A DNA stretch of 64,000 nt from Myxococcales bacterium (GCA_047601445.1 JASGJH010000001.1:3360001-3424000), one strand, 5' to 3'; shown: positions 49,104 to 59,340, counted from the stretch's first letter. The notes: generated by a model not told the origin, from the letters alone. Numbers and translations: made by a program.

Positions 49104-50144
49104 TCAAGAAGCGCGCTGCGCGAGCGCCACGTCGGGGCTTTGCCCCTGAAGCGGCGGGCGATGCGCGCTCCGATACTGAGCCGGGGTCAGCCCCGTCCAG
49201 CGCTTGAAGGCGCGGTGATAGGCACTCACCTCCGAGAAACCAAGGGCGTTGGACACCGCCTCCGCCGAGCGCTTGGGGTCCTTGGCGAGAATCAAGGCAC
49301 GGTCCCGCTGCATGTCGTCGATGAGCTCGCGGAAGCACACGCCCTCGGCCGCCAGCCGGCGTCGCAGCGAACGCTCGGACATGCCCAGTGCGCCGGCCGT
49401 GTGGGCCATCTCCGGGCGCTCGCCGAGCTTCAGGCCCGAGAGCACGGCGCGCGCGCGCTGACTCACACGCGCGGTGGAGAGGCGCTCGAGCGCGCGATTG
49501 GCCTCCGCCTTGAGCAGCGCATGGAGCGCAGGATCCCAGTTCGGCTGCTCGAGCTCGAGGAAGTGCTCGGGAAACACGAAGGCGTTGTAGAGCATGTCGA
49601 AGCGCACGTTGGGACCGAACACACGGAAGTAGTCTTCGGCGTAGTTGGGCCGCGGATGGGCGAACCAAATCTCGAGCCCGCTGCGTCGCGACACGAACAG
49701 CTTTCCGAACTGGGCGAAGCGGGCCATGCCGAACTCGGCCGACAGGCGCAGCGAGCGCGGGCTGCCCACCACGCTGGGGTAAACCACGAAGGCTCGCCCG
49801 TCTTCGACGCGCAGCTCCGGACGCTGGGCGTCGAGGATCAGCGGGTAGTAGGTGAGCGCAACTTGGATGCACTCACGCAAGCTGCGGGAGTTCGCGGCCA
49901 GCTGCCCCACGATGCCAAAGCCTTGACCTCCCCCTTGCTCCCCCAGGTGAAGTCCCAGGGCCTCGTCGCCGGTGACCTCGAAGGCGCGCTCCTCGAGCCA
50001 GGCATGGGGGCTGCGCGTCACGCCGGACGGCCGCGCTTCGCGCCGCTCGTCACCCGCCCGCGCGATCAGGAGGCTCGGGTCGATGCCGACGCCCTGGGAG
50101 ACCGTTTGCAGCAGGGAACCAACGAGGGAGGTGGAGGCCAACAT
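49104..50144 (-). CDS. AraC family transcriptional regulator
   Basis: LGMSERSLRRRL, LGFSEVSAYHRAFKRWTGLTP. Confidence 0.92.
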   Translation of the reverse strand: MLASTSLVGSLLQTVSQGVGIDPSLLIARAGDERREARPSGVTRSPHAWLEERAFEVTGDEALGLHLGEQGGGQGFGIVGQLAANSRSLRECIQVALTYYPLILDAQRPELRVEDGRAFVVYPSVVGSPRSLRLSAEFGMARFAQFGKLFVSRRSGLEIWFAHPRPNYAEDYFRVFGPNVRFDMLYNAFVFPEHFLELEQPNWDPALHALLKAEANRALERLSTARVSQRARAVLSGLKLGERPEMAHTAGALGMSERSLRRRLAAEGVCFRELIDDMQRDRALILAKDPKRSAEAVSNALGFSEVSAYHRAFKRWTGLTPAQYRSAHRPPLQGQSPDVALAQRAS

Positions 50145-50211
50145 GTCCGAGCTTCTCGCACCCGCGGTTCCAATCGGGCTTGAACGAATCGGCTCTCCTG
50201 GGCTGCCAAAG

Positions 50212-51534
50212 TCACTTTTCCGGTCGTTCCGGCCTCAGGCTTTTCAGGAGGGCTTTCAATTTCTGCTCGAAGCCGACGTCCTTGGGCTCGAAGTAGCGCT
50301 GGCCCACCAACTTGTCCGGCAGGTAGGTCTCCCCCGGCAGCGTGCCTCCGTGGTCGTGGGGGTAGCGATAGCCCGAGCCGTAGCCCCACTCCTTCATAGA
50401 CTTGGTCGCGGCGTTCCGAAGCTTGAGGGGCACTGGCAGGGCGCCGTGCTTCTGCACGTCCTCGCGCGCCTTCACCCAGGATTTGTAGCTGGCGTTACTC
50501 TTCGGGGCGCAGGCCAGGTAGTGACAGCACTGGGCCAGCGCGAACATGGCTTCGGGCATGCCCAGGCGCTGAAAGGCCTGGTCGGCGGCCACCGCGATGC
50601 CGAGGGCCGCGGGGTCGGCCGTGCCGATGTCCTCGCTGGCGAAGATGATCATGCGCCGCAGCACGAACTGCGGATCGTCACCCGCCTCGAGCATGCGCAT
50701 CATCCAGTAGATGGCGGCGTCGGGGTCGGAGCCACGCATCGATTTGATGAAAGCGCTGACCACGTTGTAGTGCTCTTCACCGCTCTTGTCGTAGAGCAGC
50801 GTGCGCCCGGACAGGGCCTCGGCCACCCCCTCCTCGGTAAGCTCGTGGGCCCCACGCCCCTGGGCGTGCTTGGCGGAAAGCTCGAGTACGTCGAGCGCGC
50901 GCCGGGCGTCTCCCCGTACCTCGCGCGCGATCAAGCGCAGCACCTCGTCGCTGGCTGCGAGCTGCATCATGCCGAGCCCGCGCTCGCTGTCGTGGAGCGC
51001 GCGCGACAGCAGGAAGGCCAGATCCTCCTCACTGTGTGATTCCAGCCGGAACACCCGGGCCCGCGACAGCAACGCGGCATTCACCGCGAAAGAAGGGTTC
51101 TCGGTGGTCGCGCCGATCAGCGTGACGGTCCCCTTCTCGACGTGCGGCAAGAGCGCGTCCTGTTGAGCCTTGTTGAAGCGGTGAATCTCGTCGACGAAGA
51201 GCGTGGTGCGCTTGCCGTAGAGCTTCTTTTGCTCCTGCGCTTGCTGGATGGCGGCGCGCAGCTCGGGCACGCCGGCCAGCACGGCGCTGAAGGGCACGAA
51301 GTGCGCGCGAGTCTCGTGTGCCACCACCTGGGCCAGCGTGGTCTTACCAGTGCCCGGGGGGCCCCAGAGGATGATGGAGGGCACACGATCCTGGGAGATC
51401 GCCTCGTACAGCAGCTTGCCCGGCGCGATGACGTGCTTCTGCCCCACCAGCTCGTCCAGCGAGCGCGGACGCATACGGGTGGAGAGGGGGGCCCCCTCGG
51501 GCCTTTGCTCTGCGGCGTGGTCGAACAGATCCAC
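50212..51534 (-). CDS. rarA: Replication-associated recombination protein A (MgsA)
   Basis: PLSTRMRP, GPPGTGKTT, DEIHRFNKAQQD, ATTENP, SAFIKSMRGSDPDA, ASEDIG, PKSN. Confidence 0.95.
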   Translation of the reverse strand: MDLFDHAAEQRPEGAPLSTRMRPRSLDELVGQKHVIAPGKLLYEAISQDRVPSIILWGPPGTGKTTLAQVVAHETRAHFVPFSAVLAGVPELRAAIQQAQEQKKLYGKRTTLFVDEIHRFNKAQQDALLPHVEKGTVTLIGATTENPSFAVNAALLSRARVFRLESHSEEDLAFLLSRALHDSERGLGMMQLAASDEVLRLIAREVRGDARRALDVLELSAKHAQGRGAHELTEEGVAEALSGRTLLYDKSGEEHYNVVSAFIKSMRGSDPDAAIYWMMRMLEAGDDPQFVLRRMIIFASEDIGTADPAALGIAVAADQAFQRLGMPEAMFALAQCCHYLACAPKSNASYKSWVKAREDVQKHGALPVPLKLRNAATKSMKEWGYGSGYRYPHDHGGTLPGETYLPDKLVGQRYFEPKDVGFEQKLKALLKSLRPERPEK

Positions 51535-51637
51535 CCATTCGGTGTAGCGCACCCCGCTGCCCAGGGCAGGTCTCGAGCGGAGCTCGAAATTGGGCCTCGA
51601 CAAGCGCCGCGCACGTAGGCTCTTATCCGAGCGCTGC

Positions 51638-52525
51638 ATGGAACCATCGTCGGCAGGCCCGCAGGGGCGCCTCTTCGTCAGTCCATCCGGAGTGGCTTTC
51701 CTGGGACGCGGACTGAGCAACGAACCCCACAAGCACTTCACTGCTTCCATCACCTTGGCTCTCGAGGGGACCTTGCGTGTTCGCAGTGACGAGGGTCACG
51801 AATGGCAGGACGTGTACGGCATCGCCGCCTTGCCGAACGCCTCGCAACAACTGCTCGAGTCCGACGCACAGTTGGTCAACCTCCAGGTCGATCCCGAGAC
51901 GGAGGCCTACGCCCGACTGGCGGCTCGCCTGTGGGTGGATCAAGAGCTGGTCTTGTTCCGTGAGCGTGAGCTCGGCGGACTACGCGCGGCGCTGCACAGC
52001 GCGGCCATCTCGAGCTCTCCCGGTGTCGCGCTCTGGACCGCAACGCTCGACGCGCTGGGAGGCCCGGCAACCGGTCCGCGCACGTTCGATCCCCGCATTG
52101 CCCAGGTGCTGGCCACGCTCAAGGGCGCCATGCCCGACGCACCCACGGCCCAGGAACTGGGCGACAAGGTCGGCCTCTCGGAAGGTCGCTTGATCCACCT
52201 GTTCAGCGAGCAAGTCGGCGTTCCCCTGCGACGCTACGTGCTCTGGCTGCGCATTCGTCACATCGTGTTCTGCCTGGCGGTCGGCAAGAACCTCACCGAC
52301 GCGGCCCACGAAGCGGGCTTCGCCGACTCGGCCCACCTTACCCGGGTGTTCCGCAGCATGTTCGGCCTGGCCCCCTCGCAGATCCTGCGCTCGGATGGCG
52401 TCACCATCTCGCTCGAGATCCCCTCGTTGCCCCTCACCGGTCCCCACGCGGTGCAAGACATGGAGCGTCTGCGCATCATGATGGCGAAGCTGGCCGCGGG
52501 CTCGAAGTGGCCGCCCATCCCGTGA
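51638..52525 (+). CDS. AraC family transcriptional regulator
   Basis: HKH cupin-like N-terminus; LSEGRLIHLF, AGFADSAHLTRVFR. Confidence 0.9.
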   Translation: MEPSSAGPQGRLFVSPSGVAFLGRGLSNEPHKHFTASITLALEGTLRVRSDEGHEWQDVYGIAALPNASQQLLESDAQLVNLQVDPETEAYARLAARLWVDQELVLFRERELGGLRAALHSAAISSSPGVALWTATLDALGGPATGPRTFDPRIAQVLATLKGAMPDAPTAQELGDKVGLSEGRLIHLFSEQVGVPLRRYVLWLRIRHIVFCLAVGKNLTDAAHEAGFADSAHLTRVFRSMFGLAPSQILRSDGVTISLEIPSLPLTGPHAVQDMERLRIMMAKLAAGSKWPPIP

Positions 52526-52528
52526 GCT

Positions 52529-54304
52529 CTAGATGTGCTTGTGACTGCGGCGAGCGACCGCTTTGCGTTCCGTTTCGAGCGCTCCGTCCCATAGACCACG
52601 GAAGAAGTAACGGGCGTTGACCCCGAGGGTGCGCGTCTTGTAGCCGCCCTCCTGCACCACCAGTGTCGGCAACCCGAGCCGTCCGATGGCGCGTCCGTTG
52701 CGCTCGAAGTCCTGGGCCCCCAGAGACCAGCTGCCCGTGGGGTCCGCCTTGGCGGTGTCGAAGCCCAGGCACACCACGAGGAACGACGGAGCGAAGGTGT
52801 TCACGGAAGCCAGTGCCTGCGTGAGCACGCGCAGGTAGCGTTGCCCATCCAGCTTTTCCTCGAGCGGCAGGTTGATGTTGAAGCCGCGCCCATCGTCCTC
52901 ACCGGTCTCGTCGGCGAAGCCCGAAAAATAGGGATAGGCGAAGCGCGGGTCGCCGTGGATGGACACCGTGAGCACGTCGGAACGACGATAGAAGATGTCT
53001 TGCTGCCCATTGCCGTGGTGATAGTCGACGTCGAGAATGGCGACCCGCCCGTAGGTGGAGAGGTAGTTGGCGGCCACCGCGGCGCTGTTGAGGTAGCAGA
53101 ACCCGCCGAACACGCGGCGCTCGGCGTGGTGTCCTGGGGGTCGCACGAGTGCGTAGGCGAGGCGTCGCCCATGGATGATCGCGCGCGCCCCGGTCATGGC
53201 GCAGTCCACGGCGCGGCGCGCGGCGGGCCAGGCGTTTTGATGCAACGGCGTGAAGGTGTCGATGCAGAAGTAGCCGGCGCGGATGGGCATCTCCCGCGGC
53301 GGTCGCGCGGGATTGCGGATGGGGAACACGTAAGGGTAGACCGACTCCTTGCCCTGCAGCGTCTTGCACATGCGCTCGAGGTAGCGGACGAAGTCGGCGT
53401 CGTGGACCTGCAGGATGTAGTCCTCCGAGAAATGCTGCGGCTGGATCACCTCGAACAGATCGAGCTTGTCGAGGTCGCGGCGGATGGCGCCCACGCGGAT
53501 CGGTGACTCCACGTAGCCGCGCTCGCGCACGTGGTGAATCTCGTGCTTGTCGTTGACGATGAGAAGCACACGCCGGTCCTCGGGCGTCTTCGCTACCGGG
53601 GCCACGGGTGCGCGCTGCGCGTAGCGCGGAGGACGCAGCTTGATGGGATCGTCCTTGAACGAGCGCGCCACGCGGTCGACGTATTCGGGTGGACACAGCC
53701 AGGCGTACTTACGCTCGAGGATCGCGCGCACGATGGAGCGCGCTTCGCTGCGGCGTAGGGGCCGCCCCGATCCGAGATCATCGAACACCAGGTGAGGTAG
53801 ATCCGTATCGCCCTCCTTCACCGGGCTCTCGTAGGCCGTGTGGGTGATGGGCCGCGCCCCGTAGCGCTCGTAGAACCTGAGCCGGGCCCGGTTGTCCTCC
53901 AGGAACTCGAGCCGCGACACCGCTTCGGGATCGTCCGGCAAGCACTCGAAGAACAGGCCACGTACGTCGAGGATCTGACACTCCTCACGCACACGTTCGT
54001 AGAGGGCTCCCCCTACGCCGCCGCCCACCTGACCGGGTGTGGTCGCAATGAAGTCGAGGAAGCAAAACGACAAATCCGGCGCGTGCATGAGCACGGCGCC
54101 GCCCAACACGCCGTTGCGGTTCTCGGCCACGAACACCACGCGTCGGAAGCGGCTCTTGAGCGGGTCACGAAGCTGCGCGGGCAGCGCCGCAATCTCCTCC
54201 TGAGCCACGGCGGGAAACTGCGCCAAGAGCAGGGCTTGCACTTTGTTCAAGGCGGCACGGTTCACGGGCAGCACGTCGTCGTGGATCCGGCGAATGCGAA
54301 ACAA
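52529..54304 (-). CDS. GNAT-like domain fused to histone-deacetylase / acetylpolyamine amidohydrolase domain
   Basis: N-half FLDFIAT..GGGVGGALY..RLRFYE.YG; C-half RPPGHHA, GFCY, DVDYHHGNG, SIHG, GFD, QEGGY. Confidence 0.85.
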   Translation of the reverse strand: MFRIRRIHDDVLPVNRAALNKVQALLLAQFPAVAQEEIAALPAQLRDPLKSRFRRVVFVAENRNGVLGGAVLMHAPDLSFCFLDFIATTPGQVGGGVGGALYERVREECQILDVRGLFFECLPDDPEAVSRLEFLEDNRARLRFYERYGARPITHTAYESPVKEGDTDLPHLVFDDLGSGRPLRRSEARSIVRAILERKYAWLCPPEYVDRVARSFKDDPIKLRPPRYAQRAPVAPVAKTPEDRRVLLIVNDKHEIHHVRERGYVESPIRVGAIRRDLDKLDLFEVIQPQHFSEDYILQVHDADFVRYLERMCKTLQGKESVYPYVFPIRNPARPPREMPIRAGYFCIDTFTPLHQNAWPAARRAVDCAMTGARAIIHGRRLAYALVRPPGHHAERRVFGGFCYLNSAAVAANYLSTYGRVAILDVDYHHGNGQQDIFYRRSDVLTVSIHGDPRFAYPYFSGFADETGEDDGRGFNINLPLEEKLDGQRYLRVLTQALASVNTFAPSFLVVCLGFDTAKADPTGSWSLGAQDFERNGRAIGRLGLPTLVVQEGGYKTRTLGVNARYFFRGLWDGALETERKAVARRSHKHI

Positions 54305-54361
54305 GGATTCCTCCGCAAGCAGCGCATCCCGGCGACGCCACCGGTGCCCTGAATCCTGAGT

Positions 54362-55540
54362 CTACCCCCGCTCGTGTCCGACGCTCCCGTCCACATACAC
54401 CCGGGGCACCCGCGTATTGATGCTGGTCAGTACCTCGTGGGGGATGGTCCCCGCCCACTCTGCCAGCTCCTCGATGCGGATCGTGGCCCCAGGATCTTCG
54501 CGTGAGCTGCCGAGCAGCACCACCTCGTCGCCGTTGAACGCACTGGTCCAGCCGATGTCCACCATCACCTGGTCCATACAGATTCGCCCCACTACCTTGA
54601 CCCGGCGACCGCGCAGCAACACTTCCGCCCGGCCACTCATGCTTCGTACGTAGCCGTCGCCGTAGCCCACGGGCAGGGTAATCACACGTGTTTGCTCGTG
54701 GGGCGACCAGCTCGAGCCGTAGCTGACGGGGTGGCGGGGCTGCACCACTTTGAAGAACACCACGCGCGTGAGCCAGCGCAACGCTTGCTGCACCGGCAAC
54801 GAAAGCCGCAACCCCTGTGCGGGGCTGGAGCCGTAAAAGAGGATGCCAGGACGCACCATGTCGAGGTGGCTCTCGGGCAGCTGCAAAATGGCGCCCGAGT
54901 TGGCGGCGTGGCGCAGCGGCGTGGGGAGGCTGCGGCGTTCGTAGAAATACAGTGCCTCGTGGAATCGCTCGAGCTGCAGCCGAGCGTGGGACAGCTCGGC
55001 TTCGTCGGCGTTGGCGAAGTGCGTGAATACCCCCTCGATCTTCAGGTGCCGCTTGGACAGCGAGGCCTCGAGCAGCTTCTCGGCGCTGTACCAGTGAACA
55101 CCGATGCGCTCCATGCCGGTGTCGATCTTGAGGTGCACGCGTGCGCTTCGTCCCATGCGCGCGGCGCACTCGTCGATGGCGGTGAGCTTGTCGATGGACG
55201 ACGCCGTGAGGGTCAGGTCGTGCTCGAGGAAGCGCGGCACCTGCGAGCCCACGATGCCGCCCATTACGAGCACCGGCATCTGCACCCCCGCCTGACGTAA
55301 CCTCAAGCCCTCCTCGAGATACGCCACGCCCACGTAGGGCGCGCCAATCTGTTCGAGCTTCTTCGCGACGGCCACCGCACCGTGACCGTAGGCGTTGGCC
55401 TTCAGAATGGGCATCACCTGGGCCGGAGCCACATGACGCGCGATGAGCTCGTAGTTCTGGGCGAGCAGCGCCAGATCCACCTCGAGGTGGGTCGGCCGCA
55501 GCTCATCCTCGGCCACCGTGGGTTCGTGCAGCGCGCTCAC
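54362..55540 (-). CDS. alr: Alanine racemase
   Basis: KANAYGHG, HLKIDTGMERIG, THFA, HAANS, RPG, GYGDG, GRICMD. Confidence 0.95.
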   Translation of the reverse strand: MSALHEPTVAEDELRPTHLEVDLALLAQNYELIARHVAPAQVMPILKANAYGHGAVAVAKKLEQIGAPYVGVAYLEEGLRLRQAGVQMPVLVMGGIVGSQVPRFLEHDLTLTASSIDKLTAIDECAARMGRSARVHLKIDTGMERIGVHWYSAEKLLEASLSKRHLKIEGVFTHFANADEAELSHARLQLERFHEALYFYERRSLPTPLRHAANSGAILQLPESHLDMVRPGILFYGSSPAQGLRLSLPVQQALRWLTRVVFFKVVQPRHPVSYGSSWSPHEQTRVITLPVGYGDGYVRSMSGRAEVLLRGRRVKVVGRICMDQVMVDIGWTSAFNGDEVVLLGSSREDPGATIRIEELAEWAGTIPHEVLTSINTRVPRVYVDGSVGHERG

Positions 55541-56079
55541 GCTGGTGTTTTATAGCCCGAACGTGCGTTCGTGTACCAGTACAGCACGGTGGCGATCGTC
55601 TTGGCGTCCTCGATCTCGCGCTCACGGATCATGCGCAGGACTTCCTGCAGAGAGCGTTCATGGACCTCGATCTGCTCGGTGGGATCGAGGTGCTGCGCGG
55701 TGCGCACGAGATCGCGCGCCACGAAGGCGTACATGCGCTCGTCGGAGACTCCGGGGGCCGGATAGAAGTCGAACAAGTGCTCGAGCACGCCCGCGCGATG
55801 CCCCGTCTCTTCTTCCAGCTCGCGCGGCGCGCACACCTCCGGACGCTCACCTGGTTCGAGTGTGCCAGCGGGCAGCTCCCAGAGCGTGCGGTTCAACGTG
55901 AAGCGACGATTGCGAATGAGGAGCAGGCGATCGTCGCTGAGCAGGGGCAGGAGGATGACCGAGCCCGGATGCACGATGACCTCGCGAAGCTCGCTCCCGC
56001 CGTCGCTTCGGGGCACCTCGCGGCGTTCGACCCGGAAGCGCTTGCCCTGGACCAAGATCTCTGGTGGCCTCGAAGACAT
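55537..56079 (-). CDS. NUDIX hydrolase (ADP-ribose pyrophosphatase-like)
   Basis: ELPAGTLEPGE...RELEEETG Nudix box; DAKT. Confidence 0.9.
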   Translation of the reverse strand: MSSRPPEILVQGKRFRVERREVPRSDGGSELREVIVHPGSVILLPLLSDDRLLLIRNRRFTLNRTLWELPAGTLEPGERPEVCAPRELEEETGHRAGVLEHLFDFYPAPGVSDERMYAFVARDLVRTAQHLDPTEQIEVHERSLQEVLRMIREREIEDAKTIATVLYWYTNARSGYKTPA

Positions 56080-56121
56080 CTTCTCAGCCTAGCTCGGGCC
56101 GGCGCGCGAGCGAGTCCGCGC

Positions 56122-56815
56122 TCACTTGTCCTTGGCCGCGGCTGCCTCGCGATCCGCGATGCGCTTGCGCACCTGGACGTAGTCGGTATCCATCGCAATG
56201 ACCGTGTCGAGCGCCGCCAAACGCGACGCCGCCATGGTCTTGGCAGCTGCGTCGGAGGTGCCGGCCTCGAGTCGAACGTAGGCGTCTCGTCGATCGGCCA
56301 GGCTCGCCTGACTGAGCTCCGCCACGCGCGCGCTGCCCACCGCGGCCAGCGTCGCGTAGCGCGGATCCTTGGCCAATGCCGCAAAGCGCGCGCAGGTCTC
56401 GTAGGCCGCGCGGGCCTCCTGCCAATCGGCCTTGACGAGCTGCGCGTCCCCGAGATGACAGAAGGCGCGCGGATTGGCCGACTCGAGCTGCGCCGCACCG
56501 CGCAGCGTGGCGATGGCACCCTCGAAATCCCTCAGCACGATCTGCCTCAGCCCAAGCAAGACGCGCTCGCTGTAGCTGCCATTGGGATTCGAGCTCTGGC
56601 GCGGGGGCTGACGCGACCGCGGCCACTTCGGGGGTCGGGGTTGCCTCCACCGGAACGGGCGCCGGCTCGGGGCGTGCCTTGCGCGGCTTGGGCGCCGGGG
56701 TCGTCTTCTCGACCGAGGGTTGGGTGCCCCAAATGTCCTGGGCTGCGGCCGACGAGCCCGCGCCCGCGACGACAGCCACCAACAATCCCGCTCCGAGAAT
56801 CACACGTGAAGACAT
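56122..56815 (-). CDS. Secreted TPR protein; apparent +1 frameshift at ~56588
   Basis: A signal peptide and Pro-rich linker (ATG 56815) join the TPR frame as ELDPNGSYSERVLLG after removing one base of GATTC. Confidence 0.7.
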
Positions 56816-56896
56816 GGACCCGAATCTAAACTTGGGCCGGTCGAACGCGCAATCGCCTTGACCCCAGGCACCAGGAAAGTCACGAGCTTGGCTCGC

Positions 56897-57355
56897 ATGA
56901 AGCGGCTCAAACTCGCCCCTCCGCCCACGGTCCCCAAGAGCCTCTACGTTCACACGGTGGCCTTCTATGAGACCGACGGCATGGGCATCGTGCACCACTC
57001 GAATCACGTGCGCTTCCTGGAGCTGGCTCGCGTGGCCTTCCTGGCAGAACACGATCGCCCCTACGAGCAGTACGTAGCGGATGGCTTCCACGTGCCGGTC
57101 GTGCGCGTGGAGGTGGCGTACTACCGCCCCTGCCGCTTCGCCGATGCCATCCAGATCGCCTGCTGGCTGCATGGAGCCCGCAATGCGTCGCTGAGCTTCG
57201 CCTATCGGCTCGAGGTGGCAGGCCAGCTTGCGGCCTGCGCCATCAGCGAACACGCCATCATCGACCGAGAGGGGCACCCCGTGCGCATCCCCGCGTCGAT
57301 GGCTACCAGAATCGATACCTGGCTCGGGGGTGCCCCGGGCGCGGAGGTGCCATGA
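56897..57355 (+). CDS. Acyl-CoA thioesterase (YbgC/4HBT family)
   Basis: ETDGMGIVHHSNHVRFLELAR. Confidence 0.9.
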   Translation: MKRLKLAPPPTVPKSLYVHTVAFYETDGMGIVHHSNHVRFLELARVAFLAEHDRPYEQYVADGFHVPVVRVEVAYYRPCRFADAIQIACWLHGARNASLSFAYRLEVAGQLAACAISEHAIIDREGHPVRIPASMATRIDTWLGGAPGAEVP

Positions 57356-57987
57356 GCGATATCCGCCAGGAGATGTGCGCCACGATCGAGGAGCTCTATC
57401 GACACTCCTTGATCACCGCCACGGGCGGCAATGTGAGCGCTCGTACACGGGACAATCCGGAGCACGCCTGGATCACGCCGAAAGGACTCTTCAAAGGAGA
57501 CCTCTCGCCCGAGGTCATGGTGCGTATCGATCGCGACGGCAACTCCGTGTACCCGGGAGGTCGTGAGCCCTCGAGCGAATTCCTGATCCATGCTGCGCTC
57601 TTACGTGCGCGACCCGACCTGCAAGCAGTCGTGCACTGCCACGCGCCCAAGGCCACCACGCTGGTGAACGCGGGCCTGCCCTTTCTACCCATCTCCACGG
57701 AAGCGGCCTTCCTCGCCAATATCGGAAGGATTCCCTTCGTGGTCCCGGGCACGCAGGCGCTGGCGGATGCGCTGGTCACCGCGCTGGGCCAGGGCTGGGC
57801 GGTGTTGATGCAAAATCACGGGCTGATCGTGGCAGCGCGATCGCTGCGCAGAGCCGCTGACATCACTCAAATCGTGGAGCGCACCGCCGAGATTATCCTC
57901 GGTTGCTATGCCGTGGGCCGGGAGCCCCCGGTGCTACCCGCGGATTTGGTCGCCGAGCTGTCTCGAAAAGCCGACCTGATCGCGTAG
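57352..57987 (+). CDS. Class II aldolase/adducin family protein
   Basis: GGNVSAR, ITP, PSSE..IH, VHCH, QNHG. Confidence 0.9.
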   Translation: MSDIRQEMCATIEELYRHSLITATGGNVSARTRDNPEHAWITPKGLFKGDLSPEVMVRIDRDGNSVYPGGREPSSEFLIHAALLRARPDLQAVVHCHAPKATTLVNAGLPFLPISTEAAFLANIGRIPFVVPGTQALADALVTALGQGWAVLMQNHGLIVAARSLRRAADITQIVERTAEIILGCYAVGREPPVLPADLVAELSRKADLIA

Positions 57988-58144
57988 TGGAAGGGAATTG
58001 TGCGAAACGTTCCCGTTCGCGAAAAGTTGCCGAAGCCTAACAGCGATCTGCCTTTTGGGGCTCCACAGAAGGGGGCATTCGTGCAACATCAGAGGCCCCG
58101 CCATAACGGATCCGTGCGCACGCGACTCAGGAACGGTGAAACGA

Positions 58145-59293
58145 ATGGGCCAGAGCGAGACCAAGGGAGCGAGCGCAGGCCAGGTCCAGGCTGACGACTC
58201 GCTCTTGCGCTTGGATGAGCCCTTGGCCCGCTACACCGAGGAGCCCAGCGAGCCCTCGTACTCGCAGGTCCTCTCCAACGCCGGCCGCGCAAACGCGCTA
58301 CCGAGCGTGCGTCCGAGCGCGCGCCCCTCGATTCGCCCATCGGCCTTCGGTCCACCGCGCACGAGCACGCGCCCCCCAGCAGCTGGCGAAGCCCTGCCAT
58401 CCGGCGAGCAAATCCTGGAGTTCGTGAAGGCCCCGCGCGACACCATCTCGCCCGCCCTGTCCGAGCTGGCTGCGAGCCTCGAGCAGGAGCTCGAGCAAGA
58501 GAGCGAAGGCAAGCCGGACGAACCCACGCCCACGGGCCCGCGGCGCAAAGTGCGCGCACCCGAGCAGGGCACGTCGCTCGCTGCCGCCATCGCGAGCTCC
58601 GAGAACCCGGCCACCTTCCGCGCCGACCTCGAAGATCTCTTGCCCTTCGTCAGCGCCAAGCACAGCGTGCCGCCCACGCTGCCGGCGCTGCCCGAGAAGC
58701 CGGCCCCGCGTCCGCAGGACCTCAAGCGCAATCGCATCAGCGTGGCCATATTCGGCGCCATGCTGCTGGCCAGCGTGGTCCCTCTGGCGCGCTACCTGGG
58801 GAGTGCCAAGCCCAGCGAACCCAGCAAGGCGAGCTCCACGACGAGCGACCTGGTGGGAACGTTGCCCGAGCTGGCCGCCGACGTTCCGCCCTCGAACGCG
58901 GCGCCTTCCCTGGCCGAGAAGCTGCCCGCCGATCCGATGCTCGAGGCGCTCGCCCAAGCCGAGTCGAACCTGCCGGCAGACCCGGTCGCAGCCGCCGATC
59001 AACTGATGAACCTCGGGCTGAAGGCGCTCGCGAACGGCGACGAACGCTTTGCCGAGGCTTTGCTGGGTCGCGCACTCAAGCGCGACGACGACAACCCGCG
59101 CGCCTACTTCGCGCTCGCCAAGATCCGCATGTCGCAGGGCAACCTGCAGGGCGCCGAAGGCTGGGTCGTGTCGGCACTGCACAAGCGCCCACGCCGCGCC
59201 GAATACCACGCGCTCTACGCCACGGTGCTCGAAGCGATGGGACGCACCGAAGAAGCCGCCAAGGCGCGCGCCCGAGCCGAAGAGCTGCGCTGA
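58145..59293 (+). CDS. Membrane protein with C-terminal TPRs
   Basis: Disordered N-terminus, single TM (ISVAIFGAMLLASVV), TPR-like helices. Confidence 0.7.
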   Translation: MGQSETKGASAGQVQADDSLLRLDEPLARYTEEPSEPSYSQVLSNAGRANALPSVRPSARPSIRPSAFGPPRTSTRPPAAGEALPSGEQILEFVKAPRDTISPALSELAASLEQELEQESEGKPDEPTPTGPRRKVRAPEQGTSLAAAIASSENPATFRADLEDLLPFVSAKHSVPPTLPALPEKPAPRPQDLKRNRISVAIFGAMLLASVVPLARYLGSAKPSEPSKASSTTSDLVGTLPELAADVPPSNAAPSLAEKLPADPMLEALAQAESNLPADPVAAADQLMNLGLKALANGDERFAEALLGRALKRDDDNPRAYFALAKIRMSQGNLQGAEGWVVSALHKRPRRAEYHALYATVLEAMGRTEEAAKARARAEELR

Positions 59294-59305
59294 TTCGCGG
59301 CCCAA

Positions 59306-59340
59306 TCTGCTCGCGTCGCCCAAGGGCGCGCTTCGACTTG
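59306..59340 (+). repeat. Repeat family A copy
   Basis: tctgctcgcgtcgcccaagggcgcgcttcgacttg has one mismatch to 24541-24575. Confidence 0.85.

Noticed and set aside
13329..56815. Calling the seven frameshifted genes pseudogenes or programmed frameshifts
   Set aside because: They share the GATC context, have no slippery sequences or other decay, and include a core gene (dapD). An artefact is more parsimonious.
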